Source of the DNA: Puniceicoccaceae bacterium
Lineage (GTDB): Bacteria > Verrucomicrobiota > Verrucomicrobiia > Opitutales > Oceanipulchritudinaceae
Assembly: GCA_040830765.1 (NCBI GenBank)
Contig: JBFOMH010000007.1
Coordinates: 4,563-68,562 of the forward strand
Direction of reading: 5' to 3'
Length of the DNA: 64,000 bases
In this document: positions 12,601-19,630 of the stretch, piece by piece
Numbering within the stretch: position 1 is the stretch's first letter
Layout of the letters: every line of letters starts with the position of its first letter
Notes under the pieces: generated by a model
What the model was told of the DNA's origin: nothing
Database searches by the model: none
Seen by the model: only the letters and a program-made list of their open reading frames with translations
Made by a program: the position numbers and the translations under genes

Positions 12601-15600
12601 GGTGATCAAGTGGAGGTTGGCGGCATAAGTGGCGCCATCGAGCCGGTTACCGGTAAGGGTGGCTTCCGGATTGAGGCTGCCGATATCGGCAAAGCCGAGG
12701 CGAGCTTCCCCGGTAGTACCGTTCTTGACATCAACAGCAAAGACAAGGTCCGCCCCACTATTCCCGCCAGGATCTGTCACATCAAGCTTGAGGAATCCGA
12801 GTTCCCCGTCGAAGGGCCCTGTTCCGGGCAGCTCGATCTTTAAATCAAGGTCGACATCATCGGCATCCGAGACGTCGATGTAGGCCCCATTGCCGAAGTC
12901 CACCCCAAAGGTGATCTCGATGCTCCAGTCAAAGGTGACCGTCAGGGGCGCTTCCATGTCAAAGAGCAGGTGGTCCGGCCCGATGTCAAAGTCGTCAAAG
13001 GTGAGGATTTGCGCCTGGGTGTCTGTGCGTCCCACCGTGAAAGTCCACTCGCGGTAGCGGTCCTCCGGAGGAACCGCCGGGCCAAGGTTGTTTGTCTGGA
13101 CAGGCCCCGAAATGAGATAGGCGGAAAGCGGCCCGGTGAAGGCGGCTGTGATGAGGGACTGGATGATTGTGTCAGGATCGGGATCCACCGCGTTCTCAAC
13201 CCCGTTCTTGATCGTCCGGGTAAGGGCCCGGCGGAAGTCCTCGATAAAGAGGATATCGGCCATTTGGTCGCCGATGAAGGGGAGATCAATACCAAGCACT
13301 TCCCCGGCCAGCTCGTCACTCAGGAGTTCCAGGTAGAGGTCAAGGGTGTCAATCGCCAGGAGGATGTTTTCAAAGGGATCATAGGGCACCACTTCTTCGG
13401 TAATGTCATCCACGATATCCCCGTAATCCGGCTCCGTGACGGTCAGGCCAGCAATGCCCCCACTGGCCGCATACTCACCAATAAAGTCGTTCGGTCCTTC
13501 ACCGCCATAGAACATGGGCAGGACGATTTCGATATCATCGGCAAGGATTAACGGGGCAATCCAGTCACCGTAGGCGACTGTATCGAGAAGTTGGCGACCC
13601 GAGCCACCGAAATCAAGACCCGGCAGAATGAAGACAAAACTGATCAAAACATCCCCGTCCTTGATGAACACCGACAAGGGGCCGACGTTGGAGCGGAAGA
13701 CCAGACCGAGACCTTTCTGACCTCCGGGAATGTCATATTCCTGGCCCTCTCCTATAACATCGATTCCGCCACCTATGTAAGAGGAATCGAGGAGATAAAT
13801 CTGCGAGGGTGAATTCAGATCGGTAGCGGTCTCCAGATGGACGGCCAGCGCTCCATAGACTTCCAGCACGCCGGCACTGGTAAGGTTGGGAGAGGTGGGA
13901 CCTGTGACAATGTCCAGACCCAGCTTGGTGCTGACCTCATTGAACAGGTTCATGCTCAGCAGCAATTCCGTGCTCCCGGTATCGTAATCCAGCTTGACGT
14001 AGTTGACAGGACCGCCACCGCCGTAGGGATCAACGCCGTCCGGAAGGCCGAAGGCTCCCCGCAAGGCCTGGGGAAGGTCCTGCAGGCGCAGCGCAGGCAG
14101 ACCCAATTCAAATCCCTCGGGACCGATGGCAAACTCGGCTGCTGCGAGGACTTCCTCAATATTGGCGGCACCCCGTTCGAACGCACCCGTCAGGTCGAGC
14201 AACTGCCCGACGCTCCGGTTGATGGCCGGCAGAAGTTTGTTCAATTCCGTGAAACTGGTATTCACGTCAAGGACCACATTAAGGAGGCCGTTGACCAGCC
14301 GCCGCACGCTGTCGTAATCGTAATCATCGAGGAAGCGGAGGTCGCCCAGGGAATTCAAGACCAAGCCCCCGGTGGAGGGTTCCGTCGGGACATAAGGATT
14401 CCCGAAATCAACCAGGACAAAGGGGACGGTATAGGGTGCATCATCGAGGGCCTTGAAGTCACTGTCGAAGGCAAGGTCATCAAACCCCTCCTGGACCTGC
14501 ACGACGAGGTTGAAGCTACCAAAGTTACCCTCGGGTTCCGGTATCCCGTTGACCTGGGCAACCGTTCCCGTGTCAGGTGCCACAATGACGTCATCATCCG
14601 AGAAGGTCCCTGTGACGTTGGACAGGAGCAGGTATCCGGTCGATCCGGAAGCGACAACCGTGGCAATGACGGCGATATCACCGGGATCCGCACCAATCAA
14701 AACATCTCCGGGGGTAAAATCGGTCGGTCCGAGCTCATTGTCATAATCCAGCTTAAGCAATTTCTCAACTGTGGCCGGATAGAGGGTGAAGTCCTGCTTC
14801 ATCAACTCTTCCAGGGTGATCTGGTTCTTGGGTCCGCCGGGATCGGCGAGGTCGGCCGAAATCTCAGCGGTCAAGCTCCCGTCGACATGAACATCCACCC
14901 CGACAATGCCATATAGTCCCGAACCGGGAACACCGGTCCCCGGGTTGACGGTAGCCATGGAGAGCCCGAGTTGCATTTCCGCATCCCTTACGAAGAAACG
15001 GCCATCCAGGCTGGTCAGGCCGATGTTACCGCCCTCGATCACGTTGGGATTCCCCACAAGCTCGGTTTCCGCAGGTGGCGGAAGCAAATCCGGCTCAGTC
15101 AGGAACAAGCCAAGGCCCAGCAGGGCTTCGGATCCGTTGATGGTTGAGATCTGGAAGGCTTCAGTCCCCCCCGTGATATCCTTCAAGCGCAGCCCCGAGT
15201 GGAGGAAGTTGTAGGCCGCCTCGAAGCTGAACGGAGCAATGGTGTTCAGGTAGCCGATAAGGTCCGCCATTGTCGGTCCCGGAACATCGTCGATGGATAC
15301 CAGGTGTTCGACGCCATCCCGGGTCTGGATGATAAAGTCCGCCTTGATGGCCACATCGCTGACCTCGGCAGGATATACAACCGGGTAGCCCAATTGTTGC
15401 TGGGAATACTCATTATTGACTTTGATGGTGAAGTCGGTGGATGGATCCAAGGCCGCAATGACAATGCGGGAGGTATCGTAGAGACTTCCGTCAGGCGGTG
15501 TGGTGCTGTCGTAATCAGCAACGAGGACGGCATCAAGGCCGGCATCGGCAATGGCATCGTTCACTTGATTGACCAAGTCCTCAATCGACCAGTACTTCTG

Positions 15601-18600
15601 GAAACCGGGAAGCACTATCTCCACCTCAGGACCGGCGTTCACCTCGACCGAGAAAGCGACATCGAGTAGGAACGGATAAAGGTACTCCCGTTCCGCACCC
15701 CCTAGCGGGACTATGCGAGGCACATCAAACTCCCGCGGGAAGGTGACTGCCTTCACCTCCATGAAGTCGAGGCCATCCTCGCCATTGAGTTCATCAAAGG
15801 AAGTGGTGTCAAAAATGGCAAATCCGGGAGGAGAGAGATCCACCCCCATGGTCATGGCCAAGCCAGTGCGGCCGGATATCGTCACGGAGACATCGGCAGC
15901 CGCAGCCGCGCTGTCAGGCGCGAGCTTGCTGAAGGGATCCAGCGGAACATTGAATTCGAAGGGCACCAGCCCGTCCGCCGTGTCTTCATTGCGGTCATTG
16001 TCGGTGACGATATTGCGACCGTATCCTTCGAGGACGAGTTGATAGGTCAATTCATTGTTACCTGAATGATAGGCAGCCTGAACCAGTCCCGGCCCCAGAA
16101 GAAAATCCAGCCGGTCCGCGAGGGACTGTGCCGTGAAGAAGGTGGTCACGAGGGTCTTCGTGCCATCGATAGTGGTCAGTTTCATCAACCGGTTTGTCCC
16201 ATCGGGTCCTTCAAGGCCGTCGACCCCGACATCAAACACCAGCATGTCAATCAGGCCACCATAGCGTTCACCATCCCCGTCGGCGTAGTTGAAAAACTGC
16301 GACAGGGTAGCATCGGCAAAGGGAATCTGGTAATCGCGGAAAACTTCCGTCTGGGAAAGTTGCTGCAGGGCGGTGCCGAGGCTGGAGATAAGGCCAATCA
16401 TGCTCTCGGCGTTGAGGATGCTGAAGTTGAGCAGCTCGCCAAAGTTGACCAGTCGGATTTCGTTACTGATGCCGCCCGGTCCCGGGACGGAGGATGCGGG
16501 AGAATCCTGGTCGGGAAGCCCGGGGTTGGGATCATACGTGAAGATCAGCCGGAATCTTCGTTCCACATCATCGTATTCTGCCTTGTCGGAGTTGAAGGGA
16601 TCAAAATTCGCCACAAGACGCGCATCCGTCACCTGGAAATTGTCGGGGGGACCAGTTGTGGCATCATCCAGTCCTGCATTAACCGTGACGGGCAGAAGGA
16701 TTTGCACGTTGGAACTACCGCCCTTGCTGGCCTCGAAGAGTTCCGCGGCCGGTACCAGCAGTTCAGAGTAGGTAATGCCCGCGTCAAAGGTCAGCGTGCC
16801 GGAAATCTCCAGGACGTCGTCAGGCGCACCTCCTTGCAACCAGATGGTGCCTCCCGAGTTGAGGGCATTGACACCAGACAGGCCCGCATAGTTGAGGGCG
16901 CGCTGCAAGTCGGCAACCATGTCATCCATGTCCTGGTTCTTCACCCGGACCTGGATGTCCCAGACCGAGTCGGAGGTGGCCTTGAGACGGACTTGACCAC
17001 TGGATTCGACTGCCTCCACACCCGTTCCACTGATAGCGGTATTGATGGCGGCAATCAGTCCCAGAAGGTCACGCCCCTCCGCGGCGCTGATAACATATGT
17101 CGCAAAGGTACCAAGGTTGGTACGCATGTGGAAGACTGCCGTGTCGTCGGTATAAGCATCCCCGTCATCGAAGTCCGTGTCGCCGACCGTCCCACCGGTC
17201 AATTGCACCGTGACTGCCTTGGGCCCGATAAATCCAAGCCCGGATTCAGCATAGGTACTGTCGATGGACAGGAGCGTGATTCCGGCCACCGAGCTGTCAC
17301 CGGAGATGTAGAGGTATCCACCGGATTGACCGGCGGTAATATTGGTAAAGAGTGCCGCATCCAGGGCATCCTGCAGGTCCACGACTAATTTATCGGTGTC
17401 GCCAAGGTTATCGCCCGTACTTACCTTGGTAACATTGACCTGGGCTTGATGAGAGGTCCCATCATCAAACCGTACCCGCAAGGTAAAGAGGGCATCTCCA
17501 CCAAATTCATTGGAATTGGCGATCAGGTCGGCCTCGAGGTCATCCACCAGGCTGGCGGTCAGGCCTTCACTGAAGCCAATATCCGTTTCACTGGGATCCG
17601 CAAAGCGCAGGCTGACCACGCCCGGGACTTCACCGTTCTCCGAGAGGAGGAAGGTTACGTTGGAGCTGTATTCAAAGGTCGCGTTGCCGCTAATGGCATT
17701 GAGGGGCAAGACTGCGGAACTGATCGTCTCGTTACCCATGCCAAGGGGATTGGTGGTCAGGGTCGGCCACAGCCCGAAGGAAAGGTGATTCACTCCGTCA
17801 ATGACGGCGAAAACAAGGTGATCGATATCAGCGTCCGCGAGGGCCAAATTGATAGCAGCCTGCAGACCAGCCTTGTTTACATAATCACCCGCCGGGACCA
17901 GTACCGGAGTGGATTCTCCCAGGTTGCCGAGGCGAAGGAAGAACCCGACATCATGCTCAAGGTTCCAACTGGGGATGGCGCTGTTGCCGGTCACATATCC
18001 AGCGGTCTTCTCCAGTCCAAACTGGGCATCGGTAAATCCGAGCAGGTCGGGATCATTAGCGTCAATCAAGTCTGTCTCAACCGTAGCGTTGAAGTTCAGG
18101 CTGCCGCCGGTGACTTCAGTTCCGAGGAAGCCGACATGCATATGGAAATCAAGCGGGGAAACATTTGACTGAGCGGATACGGTCAGGGGATCAGCCCAGC
18201 GAATGAAGAAGTCCTCCGCATCAATGACGTCATCCGAGGTCTGCCCTCCCGTATGGATGCCGAACTCAAAGCGGAAGCCGAGGGTGGTCGTTACCGGGAC
18301 CTTGACCTGCCCAGCGTTTTCCCATGTCCCGGTGAACGGGAACATCCGGAATGCATCCGCATCCAGGCCAAGATCAATTGGCATGTCCTGGGATACCGAA
18401 AGCTCGAAGCGCAGGACAAACGTCAGCTCGGCATCCGGATCTTCGGTGGTATCACCAGTGTTTATATCGACGATATTGAAGTGAACCTCCGGACCGGAGG
18501 GATCAAAGAAGCTGGTCCGGAAATCGGTCAGGTGCCGGTCCAGTCCATTGTCAAAGATCCCGGATCCCTTCAGGAAGTCTACAATATCCCCGGTTGTGGC

Positions 18601-19473
18601 AGGATGGGAATTCAGGTAATCAACCAACGGAGTAAAGAGCCATGCGGTGAGGAACTCGACGGCATCCGTCCGATCGTCCCCATTGGTATCCAAAGCGTCC
18701 AGCACCTGTTCATCTTCATCCGAAGGATCGAAGAATGCATCCGGATACATGGTACCGGTGAATCCATCCGCGTTGGTGTCGACAGGCAGGCTGAGCAGGT
18801 CCTTCACTGTGGGCGACTCAAATAACTTGATTCCCCCGGTGTCCTCTCCTGTCTGCAATAGAATCGGCATCCGGTCGCCGAGCAATTCTTCCCCATTGAT
18901 GAATTGGCTGATTTGGTAACCCAGGACAGCGATCCCATCCGCCAAACCCTCAGTTGCCGCGTCCGCAGGCACATCAACGGAGGTCTGTGAAACGGCGGCA
19001 AGATCAGCAGAATCCTTTTCAATCACTTGATAATAGGCAGACTCCAAAGAAGGCGGACCATTGCCAGCATGCAGTGTCGTCACAAGTTCACTGGGCCAGC
19101 GGGCAGAAAGGTCCACCGGTCCGGAGGTTAATAGAATTTCCCGGGAGGGATTGAAAAGTCTTGCTGAGAAAGCCCCATGGAGTTCCAGACCTTGTTCCAC
19201 TTCGTCATTTGCTTCCGGCTCAATGCTGACTGAAGCGTCGACCCCAGGCAGCGCTTCGTCTTCGACATTGTCAAAGATGCCCTCACTTCGCTCGGAGCCT
19301 TCAGAATCCACAACAAACGATGTCTCGGCATAAGCAACCTCAACGGACAAGGCTGTATCCTCCACAGGTCCATCGAACTCCGCCAGTATGCCCATTCCAT
19401 CTGCGGATAGCAGCAGCCGAGGCTCCAAAGCCTCCAGCTTGCAAGGCCCCATGGACTGGTTGCGGCTTCCCAT
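3661..19473 (-). CDS. Giant (5270 aa) LEPRxLL-leader RTX-type Ca-binding surface protein/adhesin with C-terminal lectin-like (ConA/LamG-like) domains
   Basis: N-terminal KLEALEPRLLLSADG; dozens of GGxGxDxxxG nonapeptides (about 5440-11180); very acidic composition; two related beta-rich C-terminal modules (SGVWSVEKG...DFKFAGIN and SGSWVTENG...DYKFVVVS). Confidence 0.9.
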   Translation of the reverse strand: MGSRNQSMGPCKLEALEPRLLLSADGMGILAEFDGPVEDTALSVEVAYAETSFVVDSEGSERSEGIFDNVEDEALPGVDASVSIEPEANDEVEQGLELHGAFSARLFNPSREILLTSGPVDLSARWPSELVTTLHAGNGPPSLESAYYQVIEKDSADLAAVSQTSVDVPADAATEGLADGIAVLGYQISQFINGEELLGDRMPILLQTGEDTGGIKLFESPTVKDLLSLPVDTNADGFTGTMYPDAFFDPSDEDEQVLDALDTNGDDRTDAVEFLTAWLFTPLVDYLNSHPATTGDIVDFLKGSGIFDNGLDRHLTDFRTSFFDPSGPEVHFNIVDINTGDTTEDPDAELTFVLRFELSVSQDMPIDLGLDADAFRMFPFTGTWENAGQVKVPVTTTLGFRFEFGIHTGGQTSDDVIDAEDFFIRWADPLTVSAQSNVSPLDFHMHVGFLGTEVTGGSLNFNATVETDLIDANDPDLLGFTDAQFGLEKTAGYVTGNSAIPSWNLEHDVGFFLRLGNLGESTPVLVPAGDYVNKAGLQAAINLALADADIDHLVFAVIDGVNHLSFGLWPTLTTNPLGMGNETISSAVLPLNAISGNATFEYSSNVTFLLSENGEVPGVVSLRFADPSETDIGFSEGLTASLVDDLEADLIANSNEFGGDALFTLRVRFDDGTSHQAQVNVTKVSTGDNLGDTDKLVVDLQDALDAALFTNITAGQSGGYLYISGDSSVAGITLLSIDSTYAESGLGFIGPKAVTVQLTGGTVGDTDFDDGDAYTDDTAVFHMRTNLGTFATYVISAAEGRDLLGLIAAINTAISGTGVEAVESSGQVRLKATSDSVWDIQVRVKNQDMDDMVADLQRALNYAGLSGVNALNSGGTIWLQGGAPDDVLEISGTLTFDAGITYSELLVPAAELFEASKGGSSNVQILLPVTVNAGLDDATTGPPDNFQVTDARLVANFDPFNSDKAEYDDVERRFRLIFTYDPNPGLPDQDSPASSVPGPGGISNEIRLVNFGELLNFSILNAESMIGLISSLGTALQQLSQTEVFRDYQIPFADATLSQFFNYADGDGERYGGLIDMLVFDVGVDGLEGPDGTNRLMKLTTIDGTKTLVTTFFTAQSLADRLDFLLGPGLVQAAYHSGNNELTYQLVLEGYGRNIVTDNDRNEDTADGLVPFEFNVPLDPFSKLAPDSAAAAADVSVTISGRTGLAMTMGVDLSPPGFAIFDTTSFDELNGEDGLDFMEVKAVTFPREFDVPRIVPLGGAEREYLYPFLLDVAFSVEVNAGPEVEIVLPGFQKYWSIEDLVNQVNDAIADAGLDAVLVADYDSTTPPDGSLYDTSRIVIAALDPSTDFTIKVNNEYSQQQLGYPVVYPAEVSDVAIKADFIIQTRDGVEHLVSIDDVPGPTMADLIGYLNTIAPFSFEAAYNFLHSGLRLKDITGGTEAFQISTINGSEALLGLGLFLTEPDLLPPPAETELVGNPNVIEGGNIGLTSLDGRFFVRDAEMQLGLSMATVNPGTGVPGSGLYGIVGVDVHVDGSLTAEISADLADPGGPKNQITLEELMKQDFTLYPATVEKLLKLDYDNELGPTDFTPGDVLIGADPGDIAVIATVVASGSTGYLLLSNVTGTFSDDDVIVAPDTGTVAQVNGIPEPEGNFGSFNLVVQVQEGFDDLAFDSDFKALDDAPYTVPFVLVDFGNPYVPTEPSTGGLVLNSLGDLRFLDDYDYDSVRRLVNGLLNVVLDVNTSFTELNKLLPAINRSVGQLLDLTGAFERGAANIEEVLAAAEFAIGPEGFELGLPALRLQDLPQALRGAFGLPDGVDPYGGGGPVNYVKLDYDTGSTELLLSMNLFNEVSTKLGLDIVTGPTSPNLTSAGVLEVYGALAVHLETATDLNSPSQIYLLDSSYIGGGIDVIGEGQEYDIPGGQKGLGLVFRSNVGPLSVFIKDGDVLISFVFILPGLDFGGSGRQLLDTVAYGDWIAPLILADDIEIVLPMFYGGEGPNDFIGEYAASGGIAGLTVTEPDYGDIVDDITEEVVPYDPFENILLAIDTLDLYLELLSDELAGEVLGIDLPFIGDQMADILFIEDFRRALTRTIKNGVENAVDPDPDTIIQSLITAAFTGPLSAYLISGPVQTNNLGPAVPPEDRYREWTFTVGRTDTQAQILTFDDFDIGPDHLLFDMEAPLTVTFDWSIEITFGVDFGNGAYIDVSDADDVDLDLKIELPGTGPFDGELGFLKLDVTDPGGNSGADLVFAVDVKNGTTGEARLGFADIGSLNPEATLTGNRLDGATYAANLHLITKTVSILPVMTSDFIFDWALPTTDVDDLEGDAVTPGIQLIKLDGMEFDALYAVQEALGQPLQKIAEFIEPFMPVIDILTAEIPILSDLAGEPFTLIDLAGLLSDDVDTRFIEAVADILKLIGEIGQLGSLPTLILGDLTLFDIGTPGSNYFNPDPLTGDPLGAEALLLTTPGLNIDSQFSTLISGSSFLTDLGTGNLVDGLTMPIFDPSLGALEIIKMFVNQDATIVEYELPPLSVGFEYLQVFPVWGPLAVSIEINFSFTLDLHSVGFDTYGIRRWAQTDFRNGALILDGFFFSDGETDTSDDPEIIFQFGLVGAAELNLIIARGGVGGGVNALITFDWNDSVADGHVHISEIYGNIEMDGLLGAFDVGGKLTFELFAFLEVSLLGIEEEFPITPEITLLDFGVDFERLPRLGTEEGGVLYLNMGPNAQDRLNGDTSDGNEDFTVTYVSDGKVKVSSSNLGVTSGQEYEGVHEIIAYGGEGNDTITFKNFDADTSDGGSQITGYVFGGVGDDTIVFDGTTASSDTEGFIIIGGLGNDTLKGGPANDVIYGNEGNDTVWGNGGYDILFGDDGRFATTYISSRIQETDGADNMDGGKGDDVVIGAGGSDILRGGDGIDLILGDGGRFAYTMSGEHVDVAGLLPAAYVPVPISSYVEPAIISAGIDAVEDAVLDRIRAANLGLGGNDEIHGDGGNDLVLGGTGDDTIEGNGGDDILLGGKGFDKISGGANNDSIYGGDQADVLYGNDGDDVMAGGSGNDFMHGDGDNDVMKGDTGADVMFGDAGDDQVFGQTEPDLLFGGVDDDLVVGGSSNDIMFGDDGLIAKLATDLDPTVVSIGIGNAALLVGQFHDQDIRTLDLIITDVVNGDGDDILSGDAGDDIMLGGGGNDLFGGDVDPRLPVANTPAPEDVTPISEDVIIGDGGKVTFNERRFRSIETIIGAVDVDANVDGHPFDDIIYGDNGQDYILGGRGSDYLFGGHGKVVDITEPNFEDALGAFRGPTDPEASDNDIIVGDNGELLFADDTHEPNFGHLEMVRTTDEDDVTGGHEYVEGELDNDVIFGGVNGSVDVLFGSDGQDIILGDNGEIDFSLDEALGAGIPDLNTIDLIRSYRDGLGGEDWISGDQGDDVLIGGTAGDLMYGDDATASHGSLDGEDIMLGDNGKVELINDPSYDFDSPDAYLNDITNFGRLYVQVAASEYPTTVDLIATIDDIDEGDPDFDELSEVEAIGGPDTMSGNAKADIMLGGVNNGGTDFMYGDRVVPDSTTIADDADDIMLGDNGLLDFTYAADTDRTTLDLIQSFEDGLGGTDDMSGNKGEDVAIGGTGDDTIYGDDDDASAASADMDDILIGDNADIFLVAVGSASGGDLKVVLDAAVKTIVTTDEDDDDPLDTGGVDTISGNAGGDIIAGGVEGDYLYGDRASPTASTTADDGDDIILGDNGSWEWLSTGRLDEIYGIDIDANNPELFAKFDPAEADTDLTTLDLVTTEQPRNGGRDWIYGDEGSDLIFGGTDLDTIYGDDADEVDFFAVATLNNDVMFGDHGRLYPQYARWYEDPADTALVPALVDGHVFHARNYFAIHTAEADAGEGDVMHGEEGDDIMLGQQGDDRMWGGSDDDDMTGGHNVSGDQGIGGGYDELGETNAGIPEVTVSLNPSNGDLKMNDLMDGGTGNDSMAGDNTIIWRRGDVANPRFRDLTGDQLYTTGPDTITTNITSDKQLDPDQSTGRDVQLVDHDDGIEAIANGRYGQDVMAGGPGADIMYGQLGDDLMQGDGAIESIQNVGVDEEGDPFVSHELEVVDDTTKTPDTDETLYFNIPEAVTDGDDYMEGNGGNDLMYGGLGQDDMIGGSSALFGLDSVNAALLTLTAEQMRPDGSDIIFGGAGVDIDYNDIGDATWYDDIATTYDEQVILTDPTGHANDADFIMGDNANVYRIVETNADPQAPDVFRTYNYDESFTTDEGSEDRGEIRIIPRAMEQLDYTLGGADYATLGQDYTPSGAAIIDGVADNGLADIIHGEAGDDYIFGMTGSDAIYGEGQDDDIVGGYGNDWIAGGTGQDGVVGDDGLLLTSRNSVEGEPLYGIAGLLDRDASPRYSNGDALGELIYTPGEIQIARIHLEGALKKTADLVPFSYEYGWMAMDDEFHDDDTNTPYADDIIFGGLGSDFLHGGSGDDAMSGAGALPDAYVPTFDLDGNPDGVLNLGYNVFQLPNPINPGDTVSLAVLEAGNVLAFNPVDQDGQHLNNRFRAGEFFLYDEYDPRRKILLDPATGELYKLDDGGGVEFLLNFDESAASLGVTRPAGEVPKPTGQQVESYPQVYDDGKDAIFGDNGNDWIVGGTGRDNIYGGWGNDLLNADDKHDINDDGTKVNTVPDTHPTYEDRAYGGAGRDVLIGNTGGDRLIDWVGEYNSYLVPYAPFGQASVSRTLQPFLPEFLYALSAADGADPTRYVDAIGAIIPEPTKNNPNPSRNGEPHGELGMVLQKDFAWQDQTGAPADPQAGNIPGGPRDVLRSAGFNDGSSDGFFADSGVWSVEKGAYLVEPEFRGGDALSVYHVDEYIPNYFEMLASLNPVKPIKGYKSNAYIVFDYQSDTDFKFAGINVSNSKLEIGHRTETEWIVDVQAVYPGSLKAGTNYNVFLALNGSTVTLTVDNKVSLSHVFELRIDAFGIAHGLKDGMVGLGANNSKAMIDNVIVQRLRPPVTFTLTETFEAVSSGLFAEPISGSWVTENGFVTASLGGDVAAIDLIQLDVSPASLIRLAATLTANGEGGFVFDQYGLEDYKFVVVSSDSGEVLIGHRTAKGFFVDAAFADRDLRKGAQDIEVTLKGSTVSVMWNEQLILGHAFNALVTDGSFGILANHGQVAFDEVTFQTDDFAYASEASPAPIDESVSQPVTVLDDLVAPDSESHSSDSNVQPAIHHPAEFYTISAHTVELQTTDPQPVVVGNFWPPQLSSAVTSFAPPLNFINRDYSVMSLVEFKPLNPVSDTVDADNLYSLY

Positions 19474-19601
19474 AATCGCAATTCCCTGCTGCCGGAATAG
19501 CGACCACTTTGCATGGGGGGCGGTGCAAATATGGTCTTGCGCCCGTTTGAGTAGAGAGAGGGAAAACCCTTACACCCAAATAAAGTATGGGTCAATATAA
19601 T

Positions 19602-19617
19602 TTTACTTTAAAGTAAA
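19602..19617. promoter_or_regulatory. Perfect 16-bp palindrome TTTACTTTAAAGTAAA, candidate operator upstream of the giant RTX gene
   Basis: Seen directly. It lies just upstream (minus sense) of a TTGACC -35-like hexamer at 19590-19595. Function is inferred. Confidence 0.4.
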
Positions 19618-19630
19618 TTAACCTTGCCGC

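Noticed and set aside
4075-18825. Many long plus-strand ORFs (e.g. 5197-8103, 968 aa; 9172-10413; 16066-17388) opposite the giant RTX gene
   Set aside because: Antisense shadows. The in-register reverse frame of a GC-rich, Asp/Gly-rich gene rarely contains stops, and the translations are V/I/D/R-rich with no motifs.
3366-19566. Shared pyrimidine tract TTTCCC(C)TCTCT upstream of both giant genes (3366-3376 and 19553-19566)
   Set aside because: Low complexity and at very different distances from the starts, so it cannot be distinguished from chance.
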